From an uncultured Gemmatimonadaceae bacterium (GTDB taxonomy: Bacteria > Gemmatimonadota > Gemmatimonadetes > Gemmatimonadales > Gemmatimonadaceae): a stretch of 64,000 nucleotides of DNA. A program made the translations under genes and the position numbers. The stretch covers positions 2,496,001 through 2,560,000 of the forward strand of contig OY970320.1 of NCBI GenBank assembly GCA_963716745.1, read 5' to 3'. Shown here one piece after another: positions 9,352 through 19,795 of this stretch (positions are counted from its first letter, which is position 1; each line of letters begins with the position of its first letter). Under the pieces are notes generated by a model. That model was given only the letters and a program-made list of their open reading frames with translations. It ran no database searches and was not told the origin of the DNA.

Positions 9352-11586
9352 ATGCGTCGAACCCTCCTCGCGCTCGCGTTCCTGTCGGTCCCGGCGTTCG
9401 CCGCCGCGCAGAGCATCGAGTGCGACCTCGGCGATCGCGAGGTGCAGCACCTCCAGTGGGTCGGCAACCGGAAGTTCTCGAGTTCGGAGCTCGAGGCCGC
9501 GATCGTTACCGCGCCATCGAGCTGGCTCCGGCGGAGCCTCGGCATCCCGATCGGCGCGAAGCACTGCCTCGACACGCTCGAGGTGCAACGCGATGTGCTC
9601 CGCTTGCAGATCTACTACCGGCTGCGCGGCTACTACAACGCGAAGGTGAACGAGTCGATCACGCCGCTGAGCACCGCGGCCGTGAACGTGCGTTTCACCA
9701 TCACTGAGGGGCCGCCCACGATCGTCGACAGCATCACCGTGCTCGGCGTCGACTCGGTGCCCTTCAAGACGCAGCTGCTCAAACCATTCGAGAAATTCCG
9801 AACGCGGCCGTTCTCGCGCGTACTGCTGCAATCGCTGATCGACACGGCGGTGGTGCAACTCTGGAACAAAGGCTATCCGTACGCCGACCGTCCGCTCACG
9901 AGCTTCTCGGTGGATTCGACCACGCATCGGGCGAGCATCGAACTCACCTTCTTCCAGCGTTTCCTTGGGCAGTCGGAGCCGCTGCCGCACCAGCAGGCGC
10001 GCGTGAAGTCGATCGAGGTCGAGGCGACGCCTGGGCCCGACTCGGGGAAGGTCTCGCCGCAGACGGTGCGGAAGCTCCTGTTCATCCAGCCCGGCAAGAT
10101 CTATTCGCAGGAGGATGTGCTGGCGAGCCAGCGCGAGCTCTATTCGCTGGAGCTCGTGCGCCACGTGGATGTCACGCTGCTCCCCGATTCGGTGGAACCG
10201 AGCGACACGGCGCTCAACATGAAGGTGGTGTACACCGAGGCCGATCAGCACAGCCTCCGCTTCGGCGGCGGCTGGGCGACCTTCGACTGTTTGCGCGCTC
10301 AGATGCGATACTCGGACCGCGACCTGTTCGAGGGCGCGGAGCGATTCGACGTCAATGCGCGCCTCTCGCACATCGCACTCTGCCCGGTGAAGGTGAAGGA
10401 GGATTCTTCGAGCCAGGGGATCAATTACTACGTCTCGGGAACGCTCCGTCTGCCAACGCTGTTCGGGCCGCGCAATCAGCCGTCGGTCACGCTCTTCACG
10501 GAGCGCACGTCGGAGTACAAAGCGTATCTGCGTATCACGCCGATCGGAGGTGTGCTCGCCTTCAACCGCGACCTCGATCCGCGCGGGATCCGTCCCGGGC
10601 TGCCGCTCTCGCTGTCGGCCCGCGTCGAGTATGGCCGAACGAAGGCGCAGGCGGCGGTGTTCTGCCAATTGTTCAACGTGTGTAGTTCAGCGGACATCGC
10701 GCGCCTGCAGCAGAACAGCCTGCTCGTCGTGCTGGGCGCGGGGCTCACGCGCGACAATTCGAATTCGCTGTTGAACGCTTCCGCGGGCAGCATGCAGCGG
10801 CTCGACTTTCGCTGGGGCATGTCGGCGCAGGACACCGGAGCGCCCAGTCGCTGGACGCGGCTCCTCGGCGAGGGCGCGGTGTATCGCAGCATCGGCTCGT
10901 CGGTGCTGGCGGCGCGGCTCCAGATCGCGGGGTTGTTCGTGCCGTGGACCCTGTTCGATCCGGCGACGGAATTCGTGCCGCCGGAAGAGCGGCTGTACGC
11001 GGGCGGGCCGAACTCGGTGCGCGGCTACGGGCAGAACCTGCTCGGTCCGATCGTGTATACCGTGCTTGGCATCGACAGCAGCCAGGTCGTGGGCGGGAAC
11101 CGCGTGTACCAGACGACGACGGGAACGAGCGTGAGTCAGTACTCGGCGGCCGGAGGCAACACCTCGATCGTGGCGACGCTCGAGTGGCGCGTCACGATGC
11201 CGAAGCCATGGAACGTCGTGGAGCTGGCGGCGTTCGTGGACGCGGGATTCGTCTGGAACCGCGGCGCGATCATGGACTCAGCCGGCCACCGGATCGCCGT
11301 GAGGTTCAGCGACATCAAGTACACCCCCGGCATCGGCATCCGCTATCTTTCTCCGATCGGACCGATCCGCGTGGATTTCGCGTACAACAAGTACGGCACC
11401 GGATTCGGCGCCGCGTACTACCAGGAGCCGGTCACTCTCGATCTTCTGTGCGTGAGCCCGGGTAATACGTTCGACCGCGGTGTGGTCACGCCGGGCCAAA
11501 GCTGCCCGCTCACGTACCAGCCGAATCCGAGTCCGGGCTTTTTCCAGCATCTCCAGTTCAACTTCAGCATCGGACAGGCGTTCTAG
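9352..11586 (+). CDS. Omp85 family outer-membrane protein (TamA/BamA-like)
   Basis: Signal peptide, POTRA-like repeats, YAGGPNSVRGY, GIRYLSPIGPIRVDFAY, C-terminal FSIGQAF. Confidence 0.9.
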   Translation: MRRTLLALAFLSVPAFAAAQSIECDLGDREVQHLQWVGNRKFSSSELEAAIVTAPSSWLRRSLGIPIGAKHCLDTLEVQRDVLRLQIYYRLRGYYNAKVNESITPLSTAAVNVRFTITEGPPTIVDSITVLGVDSVPFKTQLLKPFEKFRTRPFSRVLLQSLIDTAVVQLWNKGYPYADRPLTSFSVDSTTHRASIELTFFQRFLGQSEPLPHQQARVKSIEVEATPGPDSGKVSPQTVRKLLFIQPGKIYSQEDVLASQRELYSLELVRHVDVTLLPDSVEPSDTALNMKVVYTEADQHSLRFGGGWATFDCLRAQMRYSDRDLFEGAERFDVNARLSHIALCPVKVKEDSSSQGINYYVSGTLRLPTLFGPRNQPSVTLFTERTSEYKAYLRITPIGGVLAFNRDLDPRGIRPGLPLSLSARVEYGRTKAQAAVFCQLFNVCSSADIARLQQNSLLVVLGAGLTRDNSNSLLNASAGSMQRLDFRWGMSAQDTGAPSRWTRLLGEGAVYRSIGSSVLAARLQIAGLFVPWTLFDPATEFVPPEERLYAGGPNSVRGYGQNLLGPIVYTVLGIDSSQVVGGNRVYQTTTGTSVSQYSAAGGNTSIVATLEWRVTMPKPWNVVELAAFVDAGFVWNRGAIMDSAGHRIAVRFSDIKYTPGIGIRYLSPIGPIRVDFAYNKYGTGFGAAYYQEPVTLDLLCVSPGNTFDRGVVTPGQSCPLTYQPNPSPGFFQHLQFNFSIGQAF

Positions 11587-11589
11587 ACC

Positions 11590-14500
11590 GTGACGCGCCG
11601 CAGCCTTGTCGCCCTCATCAGTGCCAGCGTGCTCCTCGCCATCATCTTGGTGGCGGCGATCGCGGTGTTGATGACGACGCAGACCGACTTCGGCCGCGAG
11701 CGGATCAGGAACCTCGTGCTCGCGCGCGCGTCGCTCGCGATCGGCAAGCGCGGGAAGCTCTTCATTGGAAAGATCTCCGGCTCGCTGTTCACCGAGATCG
11801 TCGTGGACTCGCTCTCGCTGCGCGATGCCGAGGATTCGCTGGTGATCGCGACGGGGCCGCTCCGGCTCACGTTCGATCCACGCGATTTCTTCGACCAGCG
11901 CATCCACCTGCACAAGGTGGACATCGCGCGGCCGACGATCAATCTGCGGCGCCATGCGAACGATGACTGGAACTATCAGACCATCTTCCCGCCGGCGAAG
12001 AAATCCAAGATCCATACGCCGGGATTCGGCGACTACATCGTGGCCGACTCGGTGACGCTGCATGACGGGACGTTCATGCTCACCGAGATGTGGCAGCCGG
12101 ATGATTCACTGAAGGGCGCGCGGCGCGACAGTGCGGTGAAATTCGCGCTCGCGCGCGCGTGGCCCGAAGTGCGCGTCACGAAGGAGGGGCTCAAGCGCAC
12201 GCGGCGCTGGACGCGGCTCAATATCGACGCGCCGCGCGCGCGGATCGCGATGCCCGACAGCGCGGGGCAGCTGATCACCCTCGCATCGCTCTCCACCGTG
12301 GAGAACGATCCGCCCACCGAGGTGCACAACATCCGCGGCACCGTGCGCATCCACGGCGACAGCGTGTGGCTGAATCTCTCGAATGTGGAGCTGCCGCATA
12401 CGCACGCGCGTGACCTTGTGGCGCGCATCTGGTGGGGCGGGAACAAGCCGGTGCAACTCGATCTCCATGCTGTTTCCGACACCCTGACGCTGGCCGACTT
12501 CGCCTGGGTCTATTCGGGATTGCCTCGCACCGGCGGCGGACGCACCGAGATCACCGTGAAGAACGACCCGAAAGACCTGCGGGTGCTCGAGTACGCGCTC
12601 CACGGGATGGACCTGCGCACCATGAACTCGCATCTCCGCGGGGACATGACCGTCGGCGTGGGCGGACCCGTGCTCATCGTGAAGAATGTCGCGGTGCGTC
12701 TCGAGCCCGCCGATTTCGATCTGTTGCGCACGTTCAACGGCGGCACCTTCCCGGTGGATTTCCGGGGCCAGTTCACGGGTGCCATCTGGGCGCCGGGCGG
12801 GCCGATCAACCGCTGGCGCGTGGACAGTGCGTCCCTCACCTACACCGATGCGCATGTGCCAGGCGCGGTGTCGCACCTGGATGCGAGCGGCGAGCTCGAC
12901 CTGCTCGTGCCCTCGCTCACCAAGTTCCGCGGCTTCGACGTGAATCTGAACGCGCTCGACCTGCGCACGGTCACGTACCTGTTCCCGAATTTCCCGCGGC
13001 TCGGCGGCACGATCACCGGCAGCGCGACGCTCGACTCGGTGTGGACCGATGTGCGCTTCAGCGATGCCGACATCGAGCACCACGACGGGCCGGAGGAGCC
13101 GACGCACATGACGGGCAGCGGCCGCGTGACGAGCACCGGTCCTTCGGTGCGTTTCGACGTGGCGCTCCAGGCGTCCCCGATCTCCTTCAGCGAGCTCGCG
13201 CTCTCGTACCCATCGCTGCCGATCCGCGGAACGATGTCGGGGCCGCTGCGCGTGCAGGGCACGACGAACGGCCTCGCACTCACGACGAATCTCACCGGCG
13301 ACGCCGGCACGCTCGTGGTGGATGAGATGATCGACATCGACACCGCCGGCGGCGAGGGGGCGCGCGGCACCGTGCGCGCCGCGGGACTGGATCTGGCGCA
13401 GCTGCTCGACCGCCCGTCGGTGCCCACGACGCAACTGTACGCGCAGGTGACGAACGATCTGCATGGCGATGCGCTCGCCACAATGTTCGGCACGCTCGAT
13501 CTCACGGTGGATACGTCGCGGGTGAAGAGCATCCGGGTGCCGCACGCGACGGCGCGCGCCCACGTCGCGGATGGCCACGTGATCGTGGATTCGCTCACGC
13601 TCACATCCACGGGCGTGCGGGCGCTGGGGTCGGGCATGCTCGGGCTGGCGCCGGGCGCGCATGATACGCTGCGCTTCACCGCCGACATCGATTCGCTCGG
13701 CGGGCTGCGCCCGTTCATCGCGCCGGGCGGCAACGAGGGCGATACCGTGACCATGAGCGCGGGCGAACTGCTTGCGCGCGCGCGGCGCGATTCGCTCGAC
13801 GGCACGTTCAGCGTGGCGGGATTCCTCGCGGGCTCCGCGGCCGACTCGTTCACCGCCAGCGCGACCTTCCTCGGCGAGCACCTCGTGCGCGGCGCCGACA
13901 TGGCGACGCGCCTCGCAGGCGGATTCGACGTCGGCGGACTGCCCAAGTCGCCAACCGGCACGCTGTGGATGCGCCTCGACTCGGCGCGCATCGCCGGCGT
14001 GGGGATCGATACGGTGCACGTGCAACTCGCGATGCGCGGACTCGACAGCGGCGCCGTGACGCTGTCGCTCGCGACCGTGCGGCCGGCGGGCACAATGCAC
14101 GGCGGCGCACGGATCATCTACTCCATCGCGCCGGACACGCTGCGGTTCACGCTCGACACACTGCGGCTCGTGACCGGCGGTGCTGGCGGGCACACGTGGC
14201 GGCTCCTCAGGCCCGCGCATTACGCGCGCTACAAGGACGGCGATTTCCTCGATTCACTCGTCGTGAGCGGCGGCCCCGGTGGACGGCTCGCGATCCACGC
14301 CGATCTCCCCGCAACGGGCGCGATCTCCGCGCTCCTCACCGCCGACAGCGTGAGCCTCGGCGACCTCGGGCAGATGGCGCAAGTGCGAAGCCCGCTCGGC
14401 GGCTACGTCGCCGCGGAAGTTCGAATCTCCGGGACGCGCGACGATCCGGTCATGCATCTCACCTCGCGCTTCCGCGATGCGAAATACGGCACCATCGTGG

Positions 14501-16143
14501 CGCCCTATTTCAGTCTCGATGCCGACTACGCGAGGCGCATGCTCGTGTCGCGCGCCGATTTCTTCGACAAGAGCCAGACCATCGCGACGCTCGCACTCTC
14601 GCTGCCCGCCGATCTCGCATTGCATGCCGTACCCGAGCGTTTCCCGGATGAACCGCTCAGCGGGCGCCTTCGCGCCGACAGCGTGGACATGGCGGTGTTC
14701 GCGTCGATGTCGCCGTACCTCAGCCAGCCCACCGGCATCGCGAACGTGGACCTCACGTTGTCGGGCACGCGCAGCGATCCCCAGTTCACCGGCTTCTTCA
14801 AGCTGCGCAATGCGGCCGTGGGCCTGCCGCGGTTCGGCGTGCGGCTCACGGCGCTGCAGGCGGCCGTGTCGGTGGCGCCTGGCGAGATCAAGATCGATAC
14901 GCTCTCGATGAAGAGCGGCTCGGCGAGCGGGAACTTCATGTCGCTCACCGGCACACTGCGCACGCCCGACCTGCTGGACCTCGTGGACGATCGCAGCGCG
15001 CTCGTGCTCGATCTCCACATGGTGGCGCACAACTTCCAGATCCTCAACAGCCGGAAGATCGCGCGCGTCGAGCTGACGGACAATGTGACGCTCACGGGCA
15101 AGTTCAGCGCTACGACGCTGCGCGGGCACATCGCGGTCGACAACGCCGACTTCTACGTGGCCGATCTCGCGGGAAAGAAGACCGTCGTCGATCTCGACGA
15201 TCCCGAACTGTTCGCCGACCCGGCGGTCGCGGCGACGCGCAATCTGGGCTCGACGCTCCCGCCCGATGTGCGGGACGCGCTCGCGAACCTGCAGGTGGAC
15301 AACCTGGACGTCGTGCTCGGTGACAAGGTGTGGCTCCGGTCGGACGTCGCCGAGATCAAACTCGGCGGCGCGGTGGTGATCACCGGCTCGGGCACGCGCA
15401 GTCTGAACGGGAAGATCTTCGTGCAGCACGGCACCTACCGGCTGGACCTCGGGCTCGTGCAGCGCACCTTCACCGTGGACTCGGGCAGCGTGCGCTTCTA
15501 CGGCGACGTGGAGAAGGGAGGCCTGCTGGATGTGTGGGCCTCGAGCACGGTGCGTCAGGCGAATCGCCAGGGCGAGGACGTGAAGATCCTCGCGCACATC
15601 ACCGGCACCACGAACGATCCGCGTCCGGAGTTCTCGAGCGGCGAGCGGTATGCGCTGTCGGAGCCGGAGATCCTGAGCTATCTGATCTTCGGCCAGCCGT
15701 CGTTCGTTCAGGGGACGAATTCCGCGGGCAGCACCGCCACGTCGGTCTTGCTGCCGAGCGTGGGCACCGCGATCGAGCGCGCTCTCTCGGGCCAACTCCA
15801 CTGGGTGGACCAGATCACGATCCAGTCGGGCGCGACGACGCCGCAGAGCGACCAGTACAGCGCGCTCTTCGGTTCACGGTTCGGCGTGGGCAAGCAGCTG
15901 GGTGACAAGACGTACGTCGCGGCGAATGCCGGCTTGTGCTTCCTGCAGAGCTCCGCGACCAGCGCGACCAGCTTCTCGCAGTCGCTGGGCCTGTCGGTGG
16001 AGCAGCGCCTGGGCGACAAGTACGTGCTGCAGGCGTCGCGCGAGCCCGCGTCGGCGGCGATGCTGTGCAAGCCGGGCACCACGGACATCGGGAGCCGCCC
16101 GGCGCAGTACGGCATCGACCTCTTCCGCGAGTGGACCTTCTAG
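11590..16143 (+). CDS. tamB: Translocation/assembly module TamB-like protein
   Basis: 1517 aa with an N-terminal TM, a beta-rich body and a C-terminal DUF490-like region (ILSYLIFG). Lies directly after the Omp85 gene. Confidence 0.8.
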   Translation: MTRRSLVALISASVLLAIILVAAIAVLMTTQTDFGRERIRNLVLARASLAIGKRGKLFIGKISGSLFTEIVVDSLSLRDAEDSLVIATGPLRLTFDPRDFFDQRIHLHKVDIARPTINLRRHANDDWNYQTIFPPAKKSKIHTPGFGDYIVADSVTLHDGTFMLTEMWQPDDSLKGARRDSAVKFALARAWPEVRVTKEGLKRTRRWTRLNIDAPRARIAMPDSAGQLITLASLSTVENDPPTEVHNIRGTVRIHGDSVWLNLSNVELPHTHARDLVARIWWGGNKPVQLDLHAVSDTLTLADFAWVYSGLPRTGGGRTEITVKNDPKDLRVLEYALHGMDLRTMNSHLRGDMTVGVGGPVLIVKNVAVRLEPADFDLLRTFNGGTFPVDFRGQFTGAIWAPGGPINRWRVDSASLTYTDAHVPGAVSHLDASGELDLLVPSLTKFRGFDVNLNALDLRTVTYLFPNFPRLGGTITGSATLDSVWTDVRFSDADIEHHDGPEEPTHMTGSGRVTSTGPSVRFDVALQASPISFSELALSYPSLPIRGTMSGPLRVQGTTNGLALTTNLTGDAGTLVVDEMIDIDTAGGEGARGTVRAAGLDLAQLLDRPSVPTTQLYAQVTNDLHGDALATMFGTLDLTVDTSRVKSIRVPHATARAHVADGHVIVDSLTLTSTGVRALGSGMLGLAPGAHDTLRFTADIDSLGGLRPFIAPGGNEGDTVTMSAGELLARARRDSLDGTFSVAGFLAGSAADSFTASATFLGEHLVRGADMATRLAGGFDVGGLPKSPTGTLWMRLDSARIAGVGIDTVHVQLAMRGLDSGAVTLSLATVRPAGTMHGGARIIYSIAPDTLRFTLDTLRLVTGGAGGHTWRLLRPAHYARYKDGDFLDSLVVSGGPGGRLAIHADLPATGAISALLTADSVSLGDLGQMAQVRSPLGGYVAAEVRISGTRDDPVMHLTSRFRDAKYGTIVAPYFSLDADYARRMLVSRADFFDKSQTIATLALSLPADLALHAVPERFPDEPLSGRLRADSVDMAVFASMSPYLSQPTGIANVDLTLSGTRSDPQFTGFFKLRNAAVGLPRFGVRLTALQAAVSVAPGEIKIDTLSMKSGSASGNFMSLTGTLRTPDLLDLVDDRSALVLDLHMVAHNFQILNSRKIARVELTDNVTLTGKFSATTLRGHIAVDNADFYVADLAGKKTVVDLDDPELFADPAVAATRNLGSTLPPDVRDALANLQVDNLDVVLGDKVWLRSDVAEIKLGGAVVITGSGTRSLNGKIFVQHGTYRLDLGLVQRTFTVDSGSVRFYGDVEKGGLLDVWASSTVRQANRQGEDVKILAHITGTTNDPRPEFSSGERYALSEPEILSYLIFGQPSFVQGTNSAGSTATSVLLPSVGTAIERALSGQLHWVDQITIQSGATTPQSDQYSALFGSRFGVGKQLGDKTYVAANAGLCFLQSSATSATSFSQSLGLSVEQRLGDKYVLQASREPASAAMLCKPGTTDIGSRPAQYGIDLFREWTF

Positions 16144-18002
16144 TGCCGGAGCGCAATCCGGAGCGGTACCGCGCGATGGTGGAAGCCACGACGCACGCCA
16201 TTTTGCTCACCGATCTCGAGCGCCGCGTGCTGTACGCGAACCCGGCGGCGCACACGCTGTTCGGCGTGGCCGACGGCGGGCTCGCGGGGCGTTCCGCCGA
16301 TGAGCTGCTGCCGCCCGAGTCCCGAGAGGAAGTGGCGCGCCGGCATGCGAAGGCGATGGCGGGCGAGCCGCAGCGCTACGAGACGGTGGTGCTCGCAGGC
16401 GGCGCGACACGGCGCGTCGTGTCGGTGCGCAACGCGCCGCTCCGCGAGAACGGCAAGATCACCGGCAGCATCGCGAGCCTGGTCGACGTGACCGACGAGC
16501 GCCAGGCGCGCGACGCGATGGCGCAATCGGAGCGCCGCTACGAGCGGCTCGTGGACACCGCGGCCGACGCCATCTTCAGTGTGGACCGCGAGGGCCGCTT
16601 CACCTCGGTGAACAAGACGGTGGAGTTCGCGATCGGCAAGCCGAAGGAGGAATTGCTGGGCACGCCGTATCGCGATCATCTCTATCCTGAGACGCTCGTG
16701 GTGGCCGATCTGCTCTTCGCCGACATGGTGGCGGGCAAGCGCGGCCGCGCCGAGCTCGAGTACACGATGCCGGGAGGCGGCGAGCGGCGCACCGGCTCGA
16801 TCACGACGTCGCCGATCATCGAGGATGGCGTGGTGACGGGCGCGGTGGGGATCATGCGCGACATCACCGGCGAGCGCCGCCTGACGGAGCAATTGGTGCA
16901 GCGCGAGAAGCTCGCCGCGATCGGCCAGTTGGTGAGCGGCGTGGCGCACGAATTGAACAATCCGCTGGCCGGCATCATGGCGTTCGCGCAGCTGCTCAGC
17001 GGCGCGTCGCCCATGGAGGACGACCAGCGCGATGCCGTTGAGACGATCAATCGCGAAGCGCGGCGCGCGGCGAAGATCGTCTCGAACCTCCTCTTCTTCG
17101 CGCGCCAGCGCGATCCGGAACGTGGGCGCACGGATCTCAATCAAGTGATGCGCGACACGCTCGAAATGCGGCGCTACGTGCTCCGCACGCAGCAGGTGGA
17201 AGTGATCACCGAGCTCGACGCCGCGCTCCCCGCGACGTGGGCCGACTCGTTCCAGCTGCAGCAGGTGATCCTCAATCTCATCACGAACGCCGAGCACGCG
17301 CTCGTGGGCATGACCGGCCCCAAGCGCATCACGCTCGCCACGCGATTCGCCGAGGGGCGCCTCGAGGCGAGCGTGAGCGACAACGGACCAGGCATCCCGG
17401 CGGAGCAGCTCGACCAGCTGTTCAATCCGTTCTTCACGACGAAGGCGGTGGGCGAAGGCACGGGGCTGGGTCTGTCGATCTCCGACGGCATCGCGCGTCA
17501 GCACGGCGGCGAGATCCGCGTGGAATCGCGCGTGGGCGCGGGCGCGCGGTTCACGCTGTCGCTGCCGCGGGTCGATGCGCCGCGACCGTCGGCCGAGGTG
17601 CGCGCGGTGGAAGCGGCGACAGCACCCGGCGGCGCGCGCACTTTTCTGCTCGTCGATGACGAGCCGGCGATCCGGCAGGCGCTGTCGATGTACCTGCGGC
17701 GCGCCGGTCACGTGGTGGACCTCGCCGAGAGCGGCCAGGAGGCGCTCGCACACCTGGGCCGGCGGCGGTACGACGGTATCTTCCTCGATCTGCGCATGCC
17801 GGATGTGTCGGGCGTCGACCTGTACGGACGGCTCCGTGCATCCGATCCGGCGCAGGCGGATCGCGTGGTGTTCGCGAGCGGCGATGTGGACGCGCACGAT
17901 GCGCGCGAATTCCTGCGCGCCACCGGCCGGCCGTTCCTGGCCAAGCCGTTCGCGCTGAGCGCGGTGTCGGAGATGCTCGAGCAGGTGGCGCGTGATGCGT
18001 GA
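16143..18002 (+). CDS. PAS-PAS hybrid histidine kinase with C-terminal receiver
   Basis: GVAHELNNPL, QVILNLITNA, FFTTKAVGEGTGLGL, LVDDE...FLDLRMP. Confidence 0.92.
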   Translation: MPERNPERYRAMVEATTHAILLTDLERRVLYANPAAHTLFGVADGGLAGRSADELLPPESREEVARRHAKAMAGEPQRYETVVLAGGATRRVVSVRNAPLRENGKITGSIASLVDVTDERQARDAMAQSERRYERLVDTAADAIFSVDREGRFTSVNKTVEFAIGKPKEELLGTPYRDHLYPETLVVADLLFADMVAGKRGRAELEYTMPGGGERRTGSITTSPIIEDGVVTGAVGIMRDITGERRLTEQLVQREKLAAIGQLVSGVAHELNNPLAGIMAFAQLLSGASPMEDDQRDAVETINREARRAAKIVSNLLFFARQRDPERGRTDLNQVMRDTLEMRRYVLRTQQVEVITELDAALPATWADSFQLQQVILNLITNAEHALVGMTGPKRITLATRFAEGRLEASVSDNGPGIPAEQLDQLFNPFFTTKAVGEGTGLGLSISDGIARQHGGEIRVESRVGAGARFTLSLPRVDAPRPSAEVRAVEAATAPGGARTFLLVDDEPAIRQALSMYLRRAGHVVDLAESGQEALAHLGRRRYDGIFLDLRMPDVSGVDLYGRLRASDPAQADRVVFASGDVDAHDAREFLRATGRPFLAKPFALSAVSEMLEQVARDA

Positions 18003-18056
18003 CTGCGTTCGGTCGTCCATTGGCCAGGGCGGGACTTCCAGAGGGAGCGGGCATCC

Positions 18057-18240
18057 ATGACGGAACTCAAGGAGCACGACGGGATGATCTGCCGCGCCTG
18101 CGGCAATGAGGACCGCGCATCCGAGGGCGTATCCCTGCGCGGACTGCGGCACATTCATCTGTCTCATCTGCACAATGCGCGGCGTGACGCTCTGCGCGGC
18201 GTGCCAGGCGAAGCAGAAGGCCGCACCCGCCGCGACGTGA
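18057..18240 (+). CDS. Small 4xCxxC putative zinc-binding protein (~60 aa), with one frameshift near 18128
   Basis: Removing one base gives MTELKEHDGMICRACGNEDRASEGYPCADCGTFICLICTMRGVTLCAACQAKQKAAPAAT*. GGGAG SD-like motif upstream. Confidence 0.7.
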
Positions 18241-19178
18241 GCGCGGACTTCACCGCGCTCGGCCTGCGCGTGGGTCACGCGACCGATGCGGCGGGCGCGA
18301 CCGGGCTCACTGTGTTACGAGGCGACGGCCCGTTCCGTGCCGCGGCGGCGATCCTGGGCCGCGCGACCGGCACGCGTGAGATCGACGCGCTGAACCCCGA
18401 GCATCTCGTGGATCGCATCGACGCCATCGTGCTCACCGGCGGCTCGGCGTACGGCTTGGGCGCCGCCGACGGCGTGATGCGCTGGATGGAAGAGCGCGGC
18501 CGCGGGTTCGATGTGCGCGTGGGAGTGGTGCCGATCGTGCCGAGCGCGGTGATCTTCGATCTCGGACCGTTGGGGAGCGCGAGAGCGCGGCCGACGCCCG
18601 CGATGGCGTACGACGCCTGCGAACGCGCGGCGTTCGCGTTCGAGGAGGGGAGTGTGGGCGCGGGAACCGGCGCGACCGTGGGGAAGGGCGCGGGGATCGA
18701 GCGCGCGATGAAGGGCGGGTTCGGCGCGCACGTCGAGCGGAGCGGCGCGGTGATCGTCGGCGCGATGGCGGTGGTGAACGCGCTCGGCGATGTGCGCGAC
18801 GGTGCGGGGAAGATCATCGCCGGTGCGCGCGCCGATGGCGGCGGATTCGTCGACGTGTCCGCGCTCCTCGCGAGCGGCGTGGGCGGGAATCCGCGGGCCG
18901 GGAATACGACGCTCGCCGTGGTCGCGACCAATGCGCAGCTCTCGCGCATCGAACTCGCGCAGGTCGCGACCGCCGCGACCGCCGCGCTCGCGCGGCGGAT
19001 CACGCCGGTGGGCACCGGCTTCGACGGTGATGTGATATTCGCGGTGGGTCCGATCGAAGGCATTGTTGCGCCCACGATCCAGATCGAGGCACTGGCGGTG
19101 CGCGCGCTGGAAATGGCGATCGAGAGGGCGGTGCGAACGGCGAAAGGGCGCGAAGGGATTCCCGGGCTCGCCGACTAA
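18237..19178 (+). CDS. P1/S58 family peptidase (DmpA-like)
   Basis: VGHATD, GTRE, LTGGSAYGL, EGSVGAGTGA, GNTT, FDGD. GTGA overlap with the upstream gene. Confidence 0.88.
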   Translation: MSADFTALGLRVGHATDAAGATGLTVLRGDGPFRAAAAILGRATGTREIDALNPEHLVDRIDAIVLTGGSAYGLGAADGVMRWMEERGRGFDVRVGVVPIVPSAVIFDLGPLGSARARPTPAMAYDACERAAFAFEEGSVGAGTGATVGKGAGIERAMKGGFGAHVERSGAVIVGAMAVVNALGDVRDGAGKIIAGARADGGGFVDVSALLASGVGGNPRAGNTTLAVVATNAQLSRIELAQVATAATAALARRITPVGTGFDGDVIFAVGPIEGIVAPTIQIEALAVRALEMAIERAVRTAKGREGIPGLAD

Positions 19179-19194
19179 CCCCGAACTGCTGACT

Positions 19195-19311
19195 GCGGGA
19201 CTGGTACCGCGAGCGGCGTGTTAGCGTTGGCGTTGGGGAGCGCTCCAGCGCCGCGGAATGTCGCAGTGCCCAACGCCAACGCTAACGCGCCTTTGGCGGT
19301 ACCAGTCCCGC
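19195..19311. repeat. Long imperfect palindrome with GGTACC arms and GCGTTG hexamers
   Basis: Outer arms GCGGGACTGGTACCGC/GCGGTACCAGTCCCGC are perfect. The inner 23-bp arms have 1 mismatch. Lies between convergent genes. Confidence 0.85.
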
Positions 19312-19325
19312 CGTTTGCGGTTACT

Positions 19326-19745
19326 CTAGCTCAGCATCGCCCCCGGCACGGGAGTCGAAGCATCCCGCACATGCAGCCTCAGCTCCCCTTGCCGCTCCCG
19401 GTCCAGTGTGATCGTCATCGTGTACACCCCCGGTCCGTCCAGGGGGAGATCGATCGGCGCGATGAGTGGCATGTCGATCTCGGTCACCTGCGGCGGCGGC
19501 GCGCCGATGTCCAGCTGGCCGTTCGAATTCCACAGCTCGGCGCCCTGCGGATTCTTCCACGACAGCACCACCTGATGCGCACCGACGTCGGCGCGCGTGC
19601 CCTTCAATCGCACCACCAAGTGTGCGCGCGGATGCACGCTCGGGAACGTCGCGACCTGCATCGCGTCGAACACGCCGAGGATGTTGAGCTTCCCCTCCTG
19701 CGATAGATTGGCGCCGTCGGCGAAGAGCGCGAAGGAGAGGTGCAT
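19326..19745 (-). CDS. Conserved hypothetical beta-sandwich protein (DUF6941-like)
   Basis: FADGAN..EGKLNILGVFD...PGVY pattern. Family assignment is from memory. Confidence 0.65.
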   Translation of the reverse strand: MHLSFALFADGANLSQEGKLNILGVFDAMQVATFPSVHPRAHLVVRLKGTRADVGAHQVVLSWKNPQGAELWNSNGQLDIGAPPPQVTEIDMPLIAPIDLPLDGPGVYTMTITLDRERQGELRLHVRDASTPVPGAMLS

Positions 19746-19795
19746 GACGCAAGTTACCGCTGTCACCGCACGCGCGGAACGTCTAAGTTTCAGCG

